From positions 1-52,500 of the forward strand of contig JBBTIZ010000011.1 in the NCBI GenBank assembly GCA_038059695.1: 52,500 bases of DNA, in the 5' to 3' direction. A program made the position numbers and the translations under genes. This document shows, piece by piece, positions 1 to 8,326 of this stretch (position 1 is its first letter; each line of letters starts with the position of its first letter). This stretch comes from Planctomycetota bacterium. GTDB lineage: Bacteria > Planctomycetota > MHYJ01 > JACQXL01. The notes beneath the pieces are model-generated. The model saw only the letters and a list, made by a program, of their open reading frames with translations, was not told where the DNA came from and did no database searches.

Positions 1-53
1 CCGCTGGTCTTGGGGAATTTATTTATCTTGTTCTTTAACTTATTCTGGTTCAT
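1..53 (-). CDS. N-terminus of probable UvrC/GIY-YIG nuclease (runs off window)
   Basis: ATG at 53 gives MNQNKLKNKINKFPKTS(G), resembling the UvrC start before the GVY motif. Confidence 0.45.
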   Translation of the reverse strand, partial: MNQNKLKNKINKFPKTS

Positions 54-202
54 ATTAGTAACTATCCTGCCGCCAACGGGGTATAAATACAGCCGATATT
101 TACTACTGGCATTTTACCAAGATTATTATTGACCCCGTCAGCCATATTTAATATAATAAATATTTTGGTAATTATAAAAATATACTTGATTAAATTCAGT
201 TT

Positions 203-1684
203 ATGAAAAACCCGACTGCCGTGAATTCCGCCGGGACGAATCTGTACAAAATTGCCTTTGACGACTGCAACGACCCTCAGTATATCGTCAATTTTGATAC
301 CTTGAGATTTATTGCGGTCAACCGGTCCTTCGCGGCTATATCCGGCTATTCTGAAAAGGCATTGTTGAGCGGATTAAAATACAGCGACCTGGTCCCGGCT
401 GAGGACTTGCCCCGGTTCAAAGATATTATCAAGCGGCGCAAGACCGGCGTGCATTCGGAAAGATATTCCTTCCGGATAAAAACCAGGTCGGGCAAGATTA
501 TGCCGGTTGAGGTCAGCGCCCATCTGGTTAAATTGGACCAGCATTATGCGGTTATCGGCTCCTGGAGAGATGTCACCTCAAGACAGGTCTGGGAAAAAAA
601 TAACCGGGAAAAGGTCTCGGAACTGGCTTTAGCCAATAACCGGATTCTGCTGCTGACCGAGAAAATAAAGGATGTGCCTAAACTGACCTCGTCGCTCCTG
701 AAGATGCCGACCGAGGAGCACCTGATTAAGCATATCTGCACGGCCCTGTGCGACCGCCGGCAACTCAATTATGAATTCTGCGCCATTTACCTCCTGAACG
801 AACACTACCTTGACTACGGTTACAGCAAAGGCGTAAGACCGCGGGTCTGCCGTAATGAAATGACCTTGCCGCCCAGGATAGACATCCGCAAAAACCATAC
901 TATCGCCAAGGCCTTCCGCAATTTCCTGGCCGACCGGAACATATTCTGGGACAGCGCCAAGGGCTGTATTATCCTGCCTTTAGCCGGCCGGGAAAAGATT
1001 CTCGGTTTGATACTGCTCCGGATAAACCCCAAAGAGCAGGAACTGATGGAAGCCAATCCGGCCGCCAAAAAAGGTTATTACGATGTCCTGGAAACCCTGA
1101 CCAATTCCATCGGCCTGGCCATAGAAAACATCCGCCTGTCCGAGGCCCTGAAAATCCAGTCCATCCGGGACGGCCTGACCGGCGTTTTTAACCGCCGGTA
1201 TTTTGAGAACACCTTTACCGAGGAATTCCAGCGCGCCAAGAGGTATAAACGCCGCCTGTCCCTGCTCTTCCTTGACCTGGATAAGTTCAAGGCCATCAAC
1301 GATACCTACGGCCACAAACAGGGCGATATCATATTAAGAGAGGTGGCCGGGTTGCTGCAACGCAATTCCCGCAAGATTGACTCGGTCTGCAGATACGGCG
1401 GCGATGAATTCGCGGTTATTCTGCCGGAAACCGACTGGAAAGGCGCCTCGCTCAAGGCCAGAAATATCTCCACCCATGTCCAAACCTACCGGTTCACCAA
1501 TATCACCAACCCCAAAAATCCGTTCAGGATAGCCATCAGCATCGGCATCAGCGTTTTATCGGACGCTATTAATACCGCCGATGATATGATTATTGAATCG
1601 GATAAATTGCTGTTCAAAGCCAAGAAAAGAAACCCTCATGCGCTACGAAGACCCAATTTACCGCCCGCCGTCCGAAGCAGATAG
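203..1684 (+). CDS. PAS-GAF-GGDEF diguanylate cyclase
   Basis: N-terminal PAS, GAF-like middle, DGLTGVFNRRY and RYGGDEF motifs. Confidence 0.92.
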   Translation: MKNPTAVNSAGTNLYKIAFDDCNDPQYIVNFDTLRFIAVNRSFAAISGYSEKALLSGLKYSDLVPAEDLPRFKDIIKRRKTGVHSERYSFRIKTRSGKIMPVEVSAHLVKLDQHYAVIGSWRDVTSRQVWEKNNREKVSELALANNRILLLTEKIKDVPKLTSSLLKMPTEEHLIKHICTALCDRRQLNYEFCAIYLLNEHYLDYGYSKGVRPRVCRNEMTLPPRIDIRKNHTIAKAFRNFLADRNIFWDSAKGCIILPLAGREKILGLILLRINPKEQELMEANPAAKKGYYDVLETLTNSIGLAIENIRLSEALKIQSIRDGLTGVFNRRYFENTFTEEFQRAKRYKRRLSLLFLDLDKFKAINDTYGHKQGDIILREVAGLLQRNSRKIDSVCRYGGDEFAVILPETDWKGASLKARNISTHVQTYRFTNITNPKNPFRIAISIGISVLSDAINTADDMIIESDKLLFKAKKRNPHALRRPNLPPAVRSR

Positions 1685-2510
1685 TTTGCTGATTCAGGCC
1701 ACCATCGGATGCCCCCACAATAAATGCACCTTCTGCGGGATGTATAAAGGCAAAAGATTCCGCATCCGACCGGTTGATGAAATTAAAGAAGATATCCTGA
1801 CGGCCCGGAAATTATACGGCGATGCCTTTGACAGCGCTTTTTTCCCGGACGGCAACACTATTATAATGAGGACTTCCCAATTGGAGGAAATCTTCACCTT
1901 CGCGCGCCGGACATTTCCTAATCTCAAGCGGATTACGCTCTATGCCTCGGCCAAATTCCTGAAACTAAAGTCATTGGCAGACCTGAAACGGCTCAAAGTA
2001 GCCGGGCTTAACCGGCTGCACAAAGGATTGGAAAGCGGGAATGACGAAATACTGCGGCGCATCCAAAAAGGCGCTGATTCCAAACTGATGATATCCACCG
2101 GCCAGAAAGTCAAAGCCGCCGGCATAGAATTAAGCGAATACGTCCTGGTCGGCATCGGCGGTGCGGAATTATGGGCCGAGCACGCCCAGGATACAGCCCG
2201 GGTGCTCAATGCAATCAACCCGGACTTCATCCGCCTGCGCACCTGGGTGCCGGTGCCCAATGCGCCATTATATGAAGATTATCAAAGCGGTAAATTCCAA
2301 CTGCTCTCGCCGCACCAAGCGCTCAAGGAAACCCGGCTGTTGCTGGAAAATCTTGATGTCAGCAGTTTATTCTTGAGCGACCATATTTCCAACTTTGTCA
2401 ACCTGTCCGGCCATCTGCCCCGGGACAAGCAAAACATGCTCGACAAGATAGACCGGGCATTAAAGATGGACGAATCATCATTCAGGTCTGAAATAATAGA
2501 GCACCTGTAG
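1638..2510 (+). CDS. Radical SAM protein
   Basis: YRPPSEA..QATIGCPHNKCTFC CxxxCxxC motif; likely start ATG 1638. Confidence 0.9.
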   Translation: MRYEDPIYRPPSEADSLLIQATIGCPHNKCTFCGMYKGKRFRIRPVDEIKEDILTARKLYGDAFDSAFFPDGNTIIMRTSQLEEIFTFARRTFPNLKRITLYASAKFLKLKSLADLKRLKVAGLNRLHKGLESGNDEILRRIQKGADSKLMISTGQKVKAAGIELSEYVLVGIGGAELWAEHAQDTARVLNAINPDFIRLRTWVPVPNAPLYEDYQSGKFQLLSPHQALKETRLLLENLDVSSLFLSDHISNFVNLSGHLPRDKQNMLDKIDRALKMDESSFRSEIIEHL

Positions 2511-2551
2511 ATAAAACAGGATTCACCACTGGCGCCAAAAGTCACAAAGAT

Positions 2552-2578
2552 GTCATTCCCGCGAAAGCGGGAATCCAG
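2552..2578. repeat. dRS3-like REP hairpin
   Basis: GTCATTCCCGCGAAAGCGGGAATCCAG; related nested element at 32203-32272. Confidence 0.75.
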
Positions 2579-2596
2579 AAGACCAAGATAAAACTA

Positions 2597-2733
2597 AACA
2601 GGGACTCTTAAGAGACCTTTACGAGACCGTATCTCAAGTCTCTTAGCAGTCTCGTTCAAGTCCCTGTTATATCTTATTCGTGCGATTCGTTCCATTCGTG
2701 ATATTCGTGTTCTCTTTCGTGTCCATTCGTGGT
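2597..2733. repeat. Inverted repeat (AACAGGGACT/AGTCCCTGTT) followed by an ATTCGTG short-repeat run
   Basis: Read directly from the sequence. Confidence 0.65.
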
Positions 2734-3563
2734 TACACAATATAGCCGATAACATACGGATTGAACGTGACACTCACGTTCCCGCTCGCATCCGTAAACG
2801 AATACTGAAAACTCCCGGCAGTTATGGGAACAATCACCTGTCCGCCGTAGACCTGTCCGACATTGCGCGCCTCTACGCCAATCGCATAACATTCCTGCTG
2901 GGTTGCATCGCGCCTCAAGCGGCAGTTAATAAAGCCCTGGGGCGGCGGGGCAATACTCTGCTGGACCAGTTCCACCTGCAGGAGCAGGGCCGTGGCCTCT
3001 GCCGGAATACCCGGATTCGGGGCGCTCGGCATCCAGTCCTGATTTCCGCTGACGATTAAACTGGTCAACTGGAGCCGGGTCGGCAGGAAGGTGATTTGAC
3101 TTCCGCCACCCGCGCCCGGCGCCAGCTTTTCGGCTGTCACCGCGCCATTCTGGATTTCCCCGGTTCCGATAGCATTATTGGCAATCTTTCCCTGGGTAAT
3201 TGTGTTGGTGGCGATTTTAGAGTTGGTGATGGTCGCATCCCTTATCTTCTCGGCTGTCACTGCCTGGTTTGCCAGCTCATCCGTATCCACCGCCCCGGTC
3301 GCCAGATGCCGGCGCTCCACGCAATTGTCTGCCAGCTTAGCCGCTGAAATGGAATTATCCGGTATGCCCACAGATGGCACATCATCGCCCAGCTTGGCCA
3401 GGGTCACGGCCTTATCGGCAATATCCTCGGTCTTGACCTGCTGGTTCTTGATATCGCGCGACTCGATGGTCTCATCCGCTATTTTATCAGAGGTCACCGC
3501 GCCTTCGGTTATCTGGGGCGTGGTCACCTGCCCGCTCCCGAAATATCTTGGATTGTATGTCAT
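2733..3563 (-). CDS. Tail-fibre-like protein with 10-residue (G/N)AVTxxKIA repeats and a C-terminal beta-rich domain
   Basis: GAVTSDKIA, KAVTLAKLG, QAVTAEKIR, ATITNSKIA, GAVTAEKLA repeats typical of phage fibre shafts. Confidence 0.65.
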   Translation of the reverse strand: MTYNPRYFGSGQVTTPQITEGAVTSDKIADETIESRDIKNQQVKTEDIADKAVTLAKLGDDVPSVGIPDNSISAAKLADNCVERRHLATGAVDTDELANQAVTAEKIRDATITNSKIATNTITQGKIANNAIGTGEIQNGAVTAEKLAPGAGGGSQITFLPTRLQLTSLIVSGNQDWMPSAPNPGIPAEATALLLQVELVQQSIAPPPQGFINCRLRRDATQQECYAIGVEARNVGQVYGGQVIVPITAGSFQYSFTDASGNVSVTFNPYVIGYIV

Positions 3564-3727
3564 ATAATTAATCCTTTCTACAACAGGATTTAGCGGATTT
3601 ATCTGATTTCCGTTTAATCCTGTTTAAGTACCCGGTGCGTTCCAGTAGGTACTCCCGACCAGTGTTTCGCACAGGGCCTGTTGTTAAAAACGGGATTCGG
3701 GGCGTCTCGAGCCGCCCTTTCATCCCT

Positions 3728-3785
3728 TTAGAGCCAGTTAGATTTTAGTCGTTACAGGCTCTTATCCCGACTATTTCGTCGGGGC
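3728..3785 (-). repeat. TAA-punctuated double-hairpin element, copy A
   Basis: Minus strand: GCCCCGA..TCGGGA TAA GAGCCTG TAA CGACTAAAATC TAA CTGGCTC TAA. Confidence 0.8.
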
Positions 3786-3791
3786 ACGACC

Positions 3792-4586
3792 TTACGGTGT
3801 CGTCAGTCCCACCTGCACATGCAGATACAGCCGCGCTTCGGCGTCAACCGCCCAGATGCAGAAACACTTATCCGCTCCGGTAGTCAGCACGAAGGCATCG
3901 CACTTGGCGATGTCGCGCAGACCGTTCAGGACCGAGGCGTTGAGCGTATTCTGGGCCAGCCGAACGCTATCCGTTCCGGCATAGTCCGCGAACAACCCGC
4001 TCTGGACCAGCCTCTGTTCCAGGGCCGCCTTGAGCACCGGCTCTTCGCCGTCTCGGGCGATGTCGTAAGGCGCGCCGTCCTGGTAATCGCCTTCAGCCAG
4101 CCAGCCGCTGGCGTGCATCTCGCCGACCATAAAGGCCGTAGCCACAGTCGCCGGCCCGCGTCCCCGGACCTTGTCACCGGTGAAACGCAGTGTGGTGGCG
4201 CCCATCTTCAGGGCCCACCAGTCCTTGGCGTTAGCCACGGCCGCCTTGAAGGCCGTTGCCCCGTTGCCCAGCTTCTCGGTCAGATTGCTGACCCATTTGC
4301 TGAACGACCCGGCCAGCTTCTTCTGGCGCAGGGCCTTAATGACCTCGGTAGTCCGCCCGCCCTTGCTCCGGTAAGCCGGATTCAGGACATTGGCGTACTC
4401 GTTGGTGGACGGATTAGCCAGTATGTCAAAGAACGCCCCATCGGTCGGCATCTTGGCCATCTGGCGGTCCAGCATCAGCTGGGCGCTGTTACCCAGATTG
4501 TCCGACCACTTGTTCGGCATATCGCCGGAAACCTCGCGGTTCGGCGCCGGGTAAAGCCGCAACTCAAATTTCTTATCAAATGCCAT
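3792..4586 (-). CDS. Hypothetical protein, candidate major structural/coat protein
   Basis: Clean GC-rich ORF with SD GAGGGGG; Ala/Lys-rich helical N-half with spaced KW motifs; no family recognised. Confidence 0.55.
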   Translation of the reverse strand: MAFDKKFELRLYPAPNREVSGDMPNKWSDNLGNSAQLMLDRQMAKMPTDGAFFDILANPSTNEYANVLNPAYRSKGGRTTEVIKALRQKKLAGSFSKWVSNLTEKLGNGATAFKAAVANAKDWWALKMGATTLRFTGDKVRGRGPATVATAFMVGEMHASGWLAEGDYQDGAPYDIARDGEEPVLKAALEQRLVQSGLFADYAGTDSVRLAQNTLNASVLNGLRDIAKCDAFVLTTGADKCFCIWAVDAEARLYLHVQVGLTTP

Positions 4587-4640
4587 CTTAATCACCCCCT
4601 CTCATTGGCTGTTACAGTTCAAATGTTAATGCATGCATGT

Positions 4641-4733
4641 TTACTTCTTGTTCCTCTTTTCCAGATAATCCAAAAGCATTTCCACTATCACCTGTATTAC
4701 TTTTCTCCAAAACCCAGACATCGCTTCGAACAT
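4641..4733 (-). CDS. 30-aa amphipathic peptide MFEAMSGFWRKVIQVIVEMLLDYLEKRNKK
   Basis: Strong SD AAGGAGGT 7 nt before ATG 4733; an in-frame upstream ATG at 4832 also has an SD. Confidence 0.55.
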   Translation of the reverse strand: MFEAMSGFWRKVIQVIVEMLLDYLEKRNKK

Positions 4734-4815
4734 TGCTACCACCTCCTTTTTAATAGAGCAATGACCGCGCAGCGCACACCACAGTGGACGCGTAGCGATT
4801 ATCATCCGCCAAAAA

Positions 4816-5202
4816 TTAGACATCAGCCTCATACAAATCACCTCCCATCCTCGGTTCTATCTCCTGAATCAAATCCCAATAACCCTTAGAAAACCGACGG
4901 CCTGTTCCGTATTTATCCAGCCACTCATCCCAGAGCACAAACATGAGCACCTCGATAATCTGCTGTTTCAGATGCGGATAGACCCGGGCCAGGGCTTTTA
5001 GATCCTTGGCGATATCCTGCCGGATAGCCGGCTTGTTGTCCGCGGCGAACTCCAGCAGGCGCTTAAGCGAGCCGAAACTGCGCAGGATATAGAGGTAGGG
5101 ACGGACCAGCCGGAACGACGCCTCGTAGAGACCGGGCTGGTCGTAGAACTGCTCCTTCAGGAACTCAAAACTCGTGTAACTATCTGCGTGTTTCCTTTTC
5201 AT
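4816..5202 (-). CDS. Hypothetical protein (128 aa)
   Basis: ORF with SD AGAGAGG and host-like codon usage. Confidence 0.7.
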   Translation of the reverse strand: MKRKHADSYTSFEFLKEQFYDQPGLYEASFRLVRPYLYILRSFGSLKRLLEFAADNKPAIRQDIAKDLKALARVYPHLKQQIIEVLMFVLWDEWLDKYGTGRRFSKGYWDLIQEIEPRMGGDLYEADV

Positions 5203-5218
5203 ATAAAACCTCTCTTTC

Positions 5219-5276
5219 TTACTCGCTGTTAAACTTTAGTTGTTACAGCGAGTTAGACCCCGCAGAATTGCGGGGC
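5219..5276 (-). repeat. TAA-punctuated double-hairpin element, copy B
   Basis: Minus strand: GCCCCGCA..TGCGGGGTC TAA CTCGCTG TAA CAACTAAAGTT TAA CAGCGAG TAA, then SD. Confidence 0.8.
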
Positions 5277-5278
5277 AT

Positions 5279-6082
5279 TCATTGTTTGTGGTTATCCAAG
5301 AAATTATAAATTTCATTTATCGGCACAACCCCAGCCATTGTGGTGACCAGTTGTCCATTGTAAACCTTAACCCATACCGCTATACCAATGACTTCATATG
5401 TCCGGGCGTCGTAGACAGGTCCACCTGAATTTCCTGGAAGTATGGGAGCGGAAATCTCGTAACATGAACCACTGAAGGCACTGAGGCACCCTGAAGAAGG
5501 CCGGGGCGGAAGACCCAAGGAGCATCCAACCGCCCATATAGGAGTAAATAGATACGGAGTATAATTCTGAGGCGCTAATTTTGCTTTTGTCACAGAGCCA
5601 CAGAGGCCACTGAGAAGAGCCAGGTCTTTTGCAGTATCTGTTATAACTACAGTTGCTTGTATTTCTTTTGTTACAGGATAAAAGAACTCTATTGTTACAC
5701 TGGATTCATCCTGGACGACATGTGCTGCAGTTAAAATATATATCTGTTCTGTGTTTTCAGTGTCTTCTGTGGTGAATACTACTCCTGAACCCGTCGAGCA
5801 TCCCGCAGTTATTCTTACTGTTGGATATAGAAGTTTCTCATATTCATCCTGATATGGATGCCTTGGTTTTTCAGGCGCCTTTATTATTACTATTTCTGTC
5901 TCTGTGGTCTCAGTGTCTCTGTGGTAAAAACTCGTCCCCAGGAGAACTATCAGTGCAATCCCTAATATCTGCGTTAATCTGCGTACCATAACCCACCATC
6001 CTTTCTTTATGGAGACGGTTGGCCTCTGCGGGCTCTGTGCCTCAGTGGCTAATCTTTTGTTTCTCCATAAGGAGGGGGTCAT
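5279..6082 (-). CDS. Membrane-anchored trypsin-like serine protease
   Basis: LTAAHV, DLALL and GNSGGP catalytic triad motifs; N-terminal hydrophobic helix; start uncertain. Confidence 0.85.
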   Translation of the reverse strand: MTPSLWRNKRLATEAQSPQRPTVSIKKGWWVMVRRLTQILGIALIVLLGTSFYHRDTETTETEIVIIKAPEKPRHPYQDEYEKLLYPTVRITAGCSTGSGVVFTTEDTENTEQIYILTAAHVVQDESSVTIEFFYPVTKEIQATVVITDTAKDLALLSGLCGSVTKAKLAPQNYTPYLFTPIWAVGCSLGLPPRPSSGCLSAFSGSCYEISAPILPGNSGGPVYDARTYEVIGIAVWVKVYNGQLVTTMAGVVPINEIYNFLDNHKQ

Positions 6083-6261
6083 ATGAACCCTTTTCCTATA
6101 AATCTGAGGCGAGTATTTTCGCTATTTTGCCATATTTATGAGGGAATATAAGGGGTTAAAGAAAATGCAAAAATCCGGGCAGGCCAAAAACGCAGGACTC
6201 GTTTTCCTCTAAGTGAGGGGGATAGGGGGTAGTACCCCACCCTAGCACCCTAAGGCCGGAC

Positions 6262-6535
6262 AGATAGCCTGATTTATCAGGGCATATAGCCGAAATGATT
6301 AGGTCAGATAGCCCGATTAGTCAGGCAGGATAGCCGAAATGATTAGGTTAGATAGTCCGATTAGCCGGGCCATATAGCCGAAATGATTAGGTTAGATAGC
6401 CCGATTGATTAGGTCAGATAGTCCGGTTGATTAGGTCAGATAGCCTGATTAGTCGGGCAGGATAGCCGAAATGATTAGGTCAGGTAGTCGGTCTGGTTGG
6501 GCCAGATAGTCTGATTAGTTGGGTCAGATAGCCGG
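6262..6535. repeat. Degenerate tandem array, 22-bp period, 12 full units plus a partial unit
   Basis: Units like AGATAGCCGAAATGATTAGGTC start every 22 bp from 6262 to 6526. Confidence 0.92.
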
Positions 6536-6597
6536 AAAATGAGGGGTGGATAGTGGGGATAAAGAACCGGCCGGCCGGCGCTATTCCGATTGGCGGC

Positions 6598-7263
6598 CTA
6601 TTTCAATAACTTGCGGGCCAGGTTGTGCAGTTCCGGATTGGCCAGGGCCAGGACCTTTTTCTTGACCACCCGCGAGAAATATTCCGTCTCGGTCTTAGTG
6701 AGTTTTTCGCCCTGCAATTTCTTCAGGAACAATGACTTTTGCCCGGCGGAGAACAACTGGGACAGGGCATATTCCAGCCCGGCCTCTGATTTCAGCGCCA
6801 TCAGGTCATTGAGATTTGATTCTGAACCCTTGAGATACCGGTTAAAGGTGTTTTTCAGCCGTTGGCCGGACATTGAATAATCCTTTAACTTTAAATCGTG
6901 ATTACGCGTCAATGAGTTGCGGAATTGCTCCAGTTTGCCCCTCAGTTCTTTGGTCAGCATTTGATGGAGTTTTTCGGCCCAGGCAAACTTCAGGCCCAGC
7001 GCCTGATACAGGGCCAGCGACATCAGTACCAGCAGTTTAAAATATACCCGGTCCGCCGGCTTCAGATATTGGCTGGTCCGGCCGTAAGAGAAGAGATTCC
7101 GCTCGGAACTGTTGGCCAGCGCCACCGGAAACCCCTCCCAGAGCCGCAGGTCGCGGGACTGCACCAGCCGGGCCAGGGTCAGATTGGCGTCCACCATTGA
7201 TTCCGGCTCCATTAACTTAAAACCCAGACTGCTTAGGTTGTTCAGCAATTCTTTGTCATTCAT
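6598..7263 (-). CDS. Hypothetical protein, probable partner (antitoxin/regulator) of the nucleotidyltransferase
   Basis: Overlaps the upstream gene; basic C-terminal HTH-like segment LFSAGQKSLFLKKLQGEKLTKTETEYFSRVVKKK. Confidence 0.6.
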   Translation of the reverse strand: MNDKELLNNLSSLGFKLMEPESMVDANLTLARLVQSRDLRLWEGFPVALANSSERNLFSYGRTSQYLKPADRVYFKLLVLMSLALYQALGLKFAWAEKLHQMLTKELRGKLEQFRNSLTRNHDLKLKDYSMSGQRLKNTFNRYLKGSESNLNDLMALKSEAGLEYALSQLFSAGQKSLFLKKLQGEKLTKTETEYFSRVVKKKVLALANPELHNLARKLLK

Positions 7264-7843
7264 TGATTAACTTCTCCTTCTTGAGGATACGCCAAAAATG
7301 CTCCAGATTCTTCAGCACGGCCTCTTCCGAGGTATCGTATTGAGCGGTGGCTTCGAACCGGCTCCGGAGCTTGGTGAAATCTATCTCCCTGGTTTTGGCC
7401 CGGATTAAGGCCAGGCAGTCGTCAATATCCACCTGAGTAAACCGAAAGAGCTTGCTGATAATCAGGTCATAATGATTAAGCATGCCCAGATAAATCCGGC
7501 TGAACTCCTTAACCAAAACGTGGTTACCCGGCTCCAGCGGCGACTCCAGAAGTTCGGTCGTATGAATCCGCTTGTACCGGAACAGGTCGAATATAAAACC
7601 ATCGTCCCGGCTCCAGCCGTAGGCCTTGACCGGCTTATAGCCCAGTTGGTCCAGGGTCTTAATCAGGTAGTCGTATTCGGCCTGGACCGGCACCAGCAAA
7701 TCAATATCCTTGGTTGAGGGCTTGATGCCCTGGAGCGTTAGGGCCGTGCCGCCGCAGGCAATCAGATGCACGCGCCGCTTGAGGAAATCGTTCCAGACCA
7801 TCAGCCGGCCGAACAACCCGCCTTTATCTATTCTGTAATCCAT
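7256..7843 (-). CDS. DUF6036/AbiEii-like nucleotidyltransferase
   Basis: ACGGTAL..TKDIDL pol-beta-type NTase motif; DLIISKL..D. Confidence 0.8.
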   Translation of the reverse strand: MDYRIDKGGLFGRLMVWNDFLKRRVHLIACGGTALTLQGIKPSTKDIDLLVPVQAEYDYLIKTLDQLGYKPVKAYGWSRDDGFIFDLFRYKRIHTTELLESPLEPGNHVLVKEFSRIYLGMLNHYDLIISKLFRFTQVDIDDCLALIRAKTREIDFTKLRSRFEATAQYDTSEEAVLKNLEHFWRILKKEKLINE

Positions 7844-7864
7844 AAACCTGAATAATTATTAATA

Positions 7865-7975
7865 TTATGGCCGTTACCCTCACAGGCTAGATTTTAGCTG
7901 GCCGAGAGGGTTACGGCAGGTTATCCCGCTACGATAAACCGCCTATCCCGTAAAACGTTACACATAAAGCGGGGC
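7865..7975 (-). repeat. TAA-punctuated double-hairpin element, divergent copy C
   Basis: Minus strand: GCCCCGCT..AGCGGGA TAA CCTGCCG TAA CCCTC..GAGGG TAA CGGCCA TAA, about 20 nt before ATG 7843. Confidence 0.65.
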
Positions 7976-8286
7976 ACAATATATTGTATAATTTAATACA
8001 ATCCTTTGTATGTATATATACAATAATTAAAACACTTGTCAAGTAAAATATTTATTTTTATGCGGGATTTTAACCGAATGGTGCCCCATCCGGGTCTTAA
8101 GGGCTGTTTCTCCAAAGCGTGGCCTTAAATGCCGGGCCAGCGGAAATTAGCCGGGCTGAAACAGACCATCCTGGCCGTTAGGCAATATGTCAGGTATTGA
8201 GGTATTAGGAAAACGATGCCTTGCGAAGTCGCAGCGAAGTCCCGATTATTTCGGGGTAATGCAGATAAATCAAGGGTTATAAAATA

Positions 8287-8301
8287 TGTGGTCTGTCCCA
8301 C
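8287..8301. repeat. RAYT-type end motif, perfect inverted partner of 9993-10007
   Basis: TGTGGTCTGTCCCAC vs GTGGGACAGACCACA. Confidence 0.7.
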
Positions 8302-8326
8302 TGATGTGCGATACTTACTCTTTCAA

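Noticed and set aside
3728-3785. Integron attC sites as the explanation of the TAA family
   Set aside because: attC needs inverted RYYYAAC/GTTRRRY ends after cassette genes; here the TAAs are direct, copies sit before housekeeping genes, and no integron integrase is seen
3819-4889. 356-aa plus-strand ORF
   Set aside because: Antisense shadow of GC3-rich minus-strand genes with no motifs
6262-6535. CRISPR array
   Set aside because: Contiguous degenerate 22-mers with no unique spacers, and no cas genes in the window
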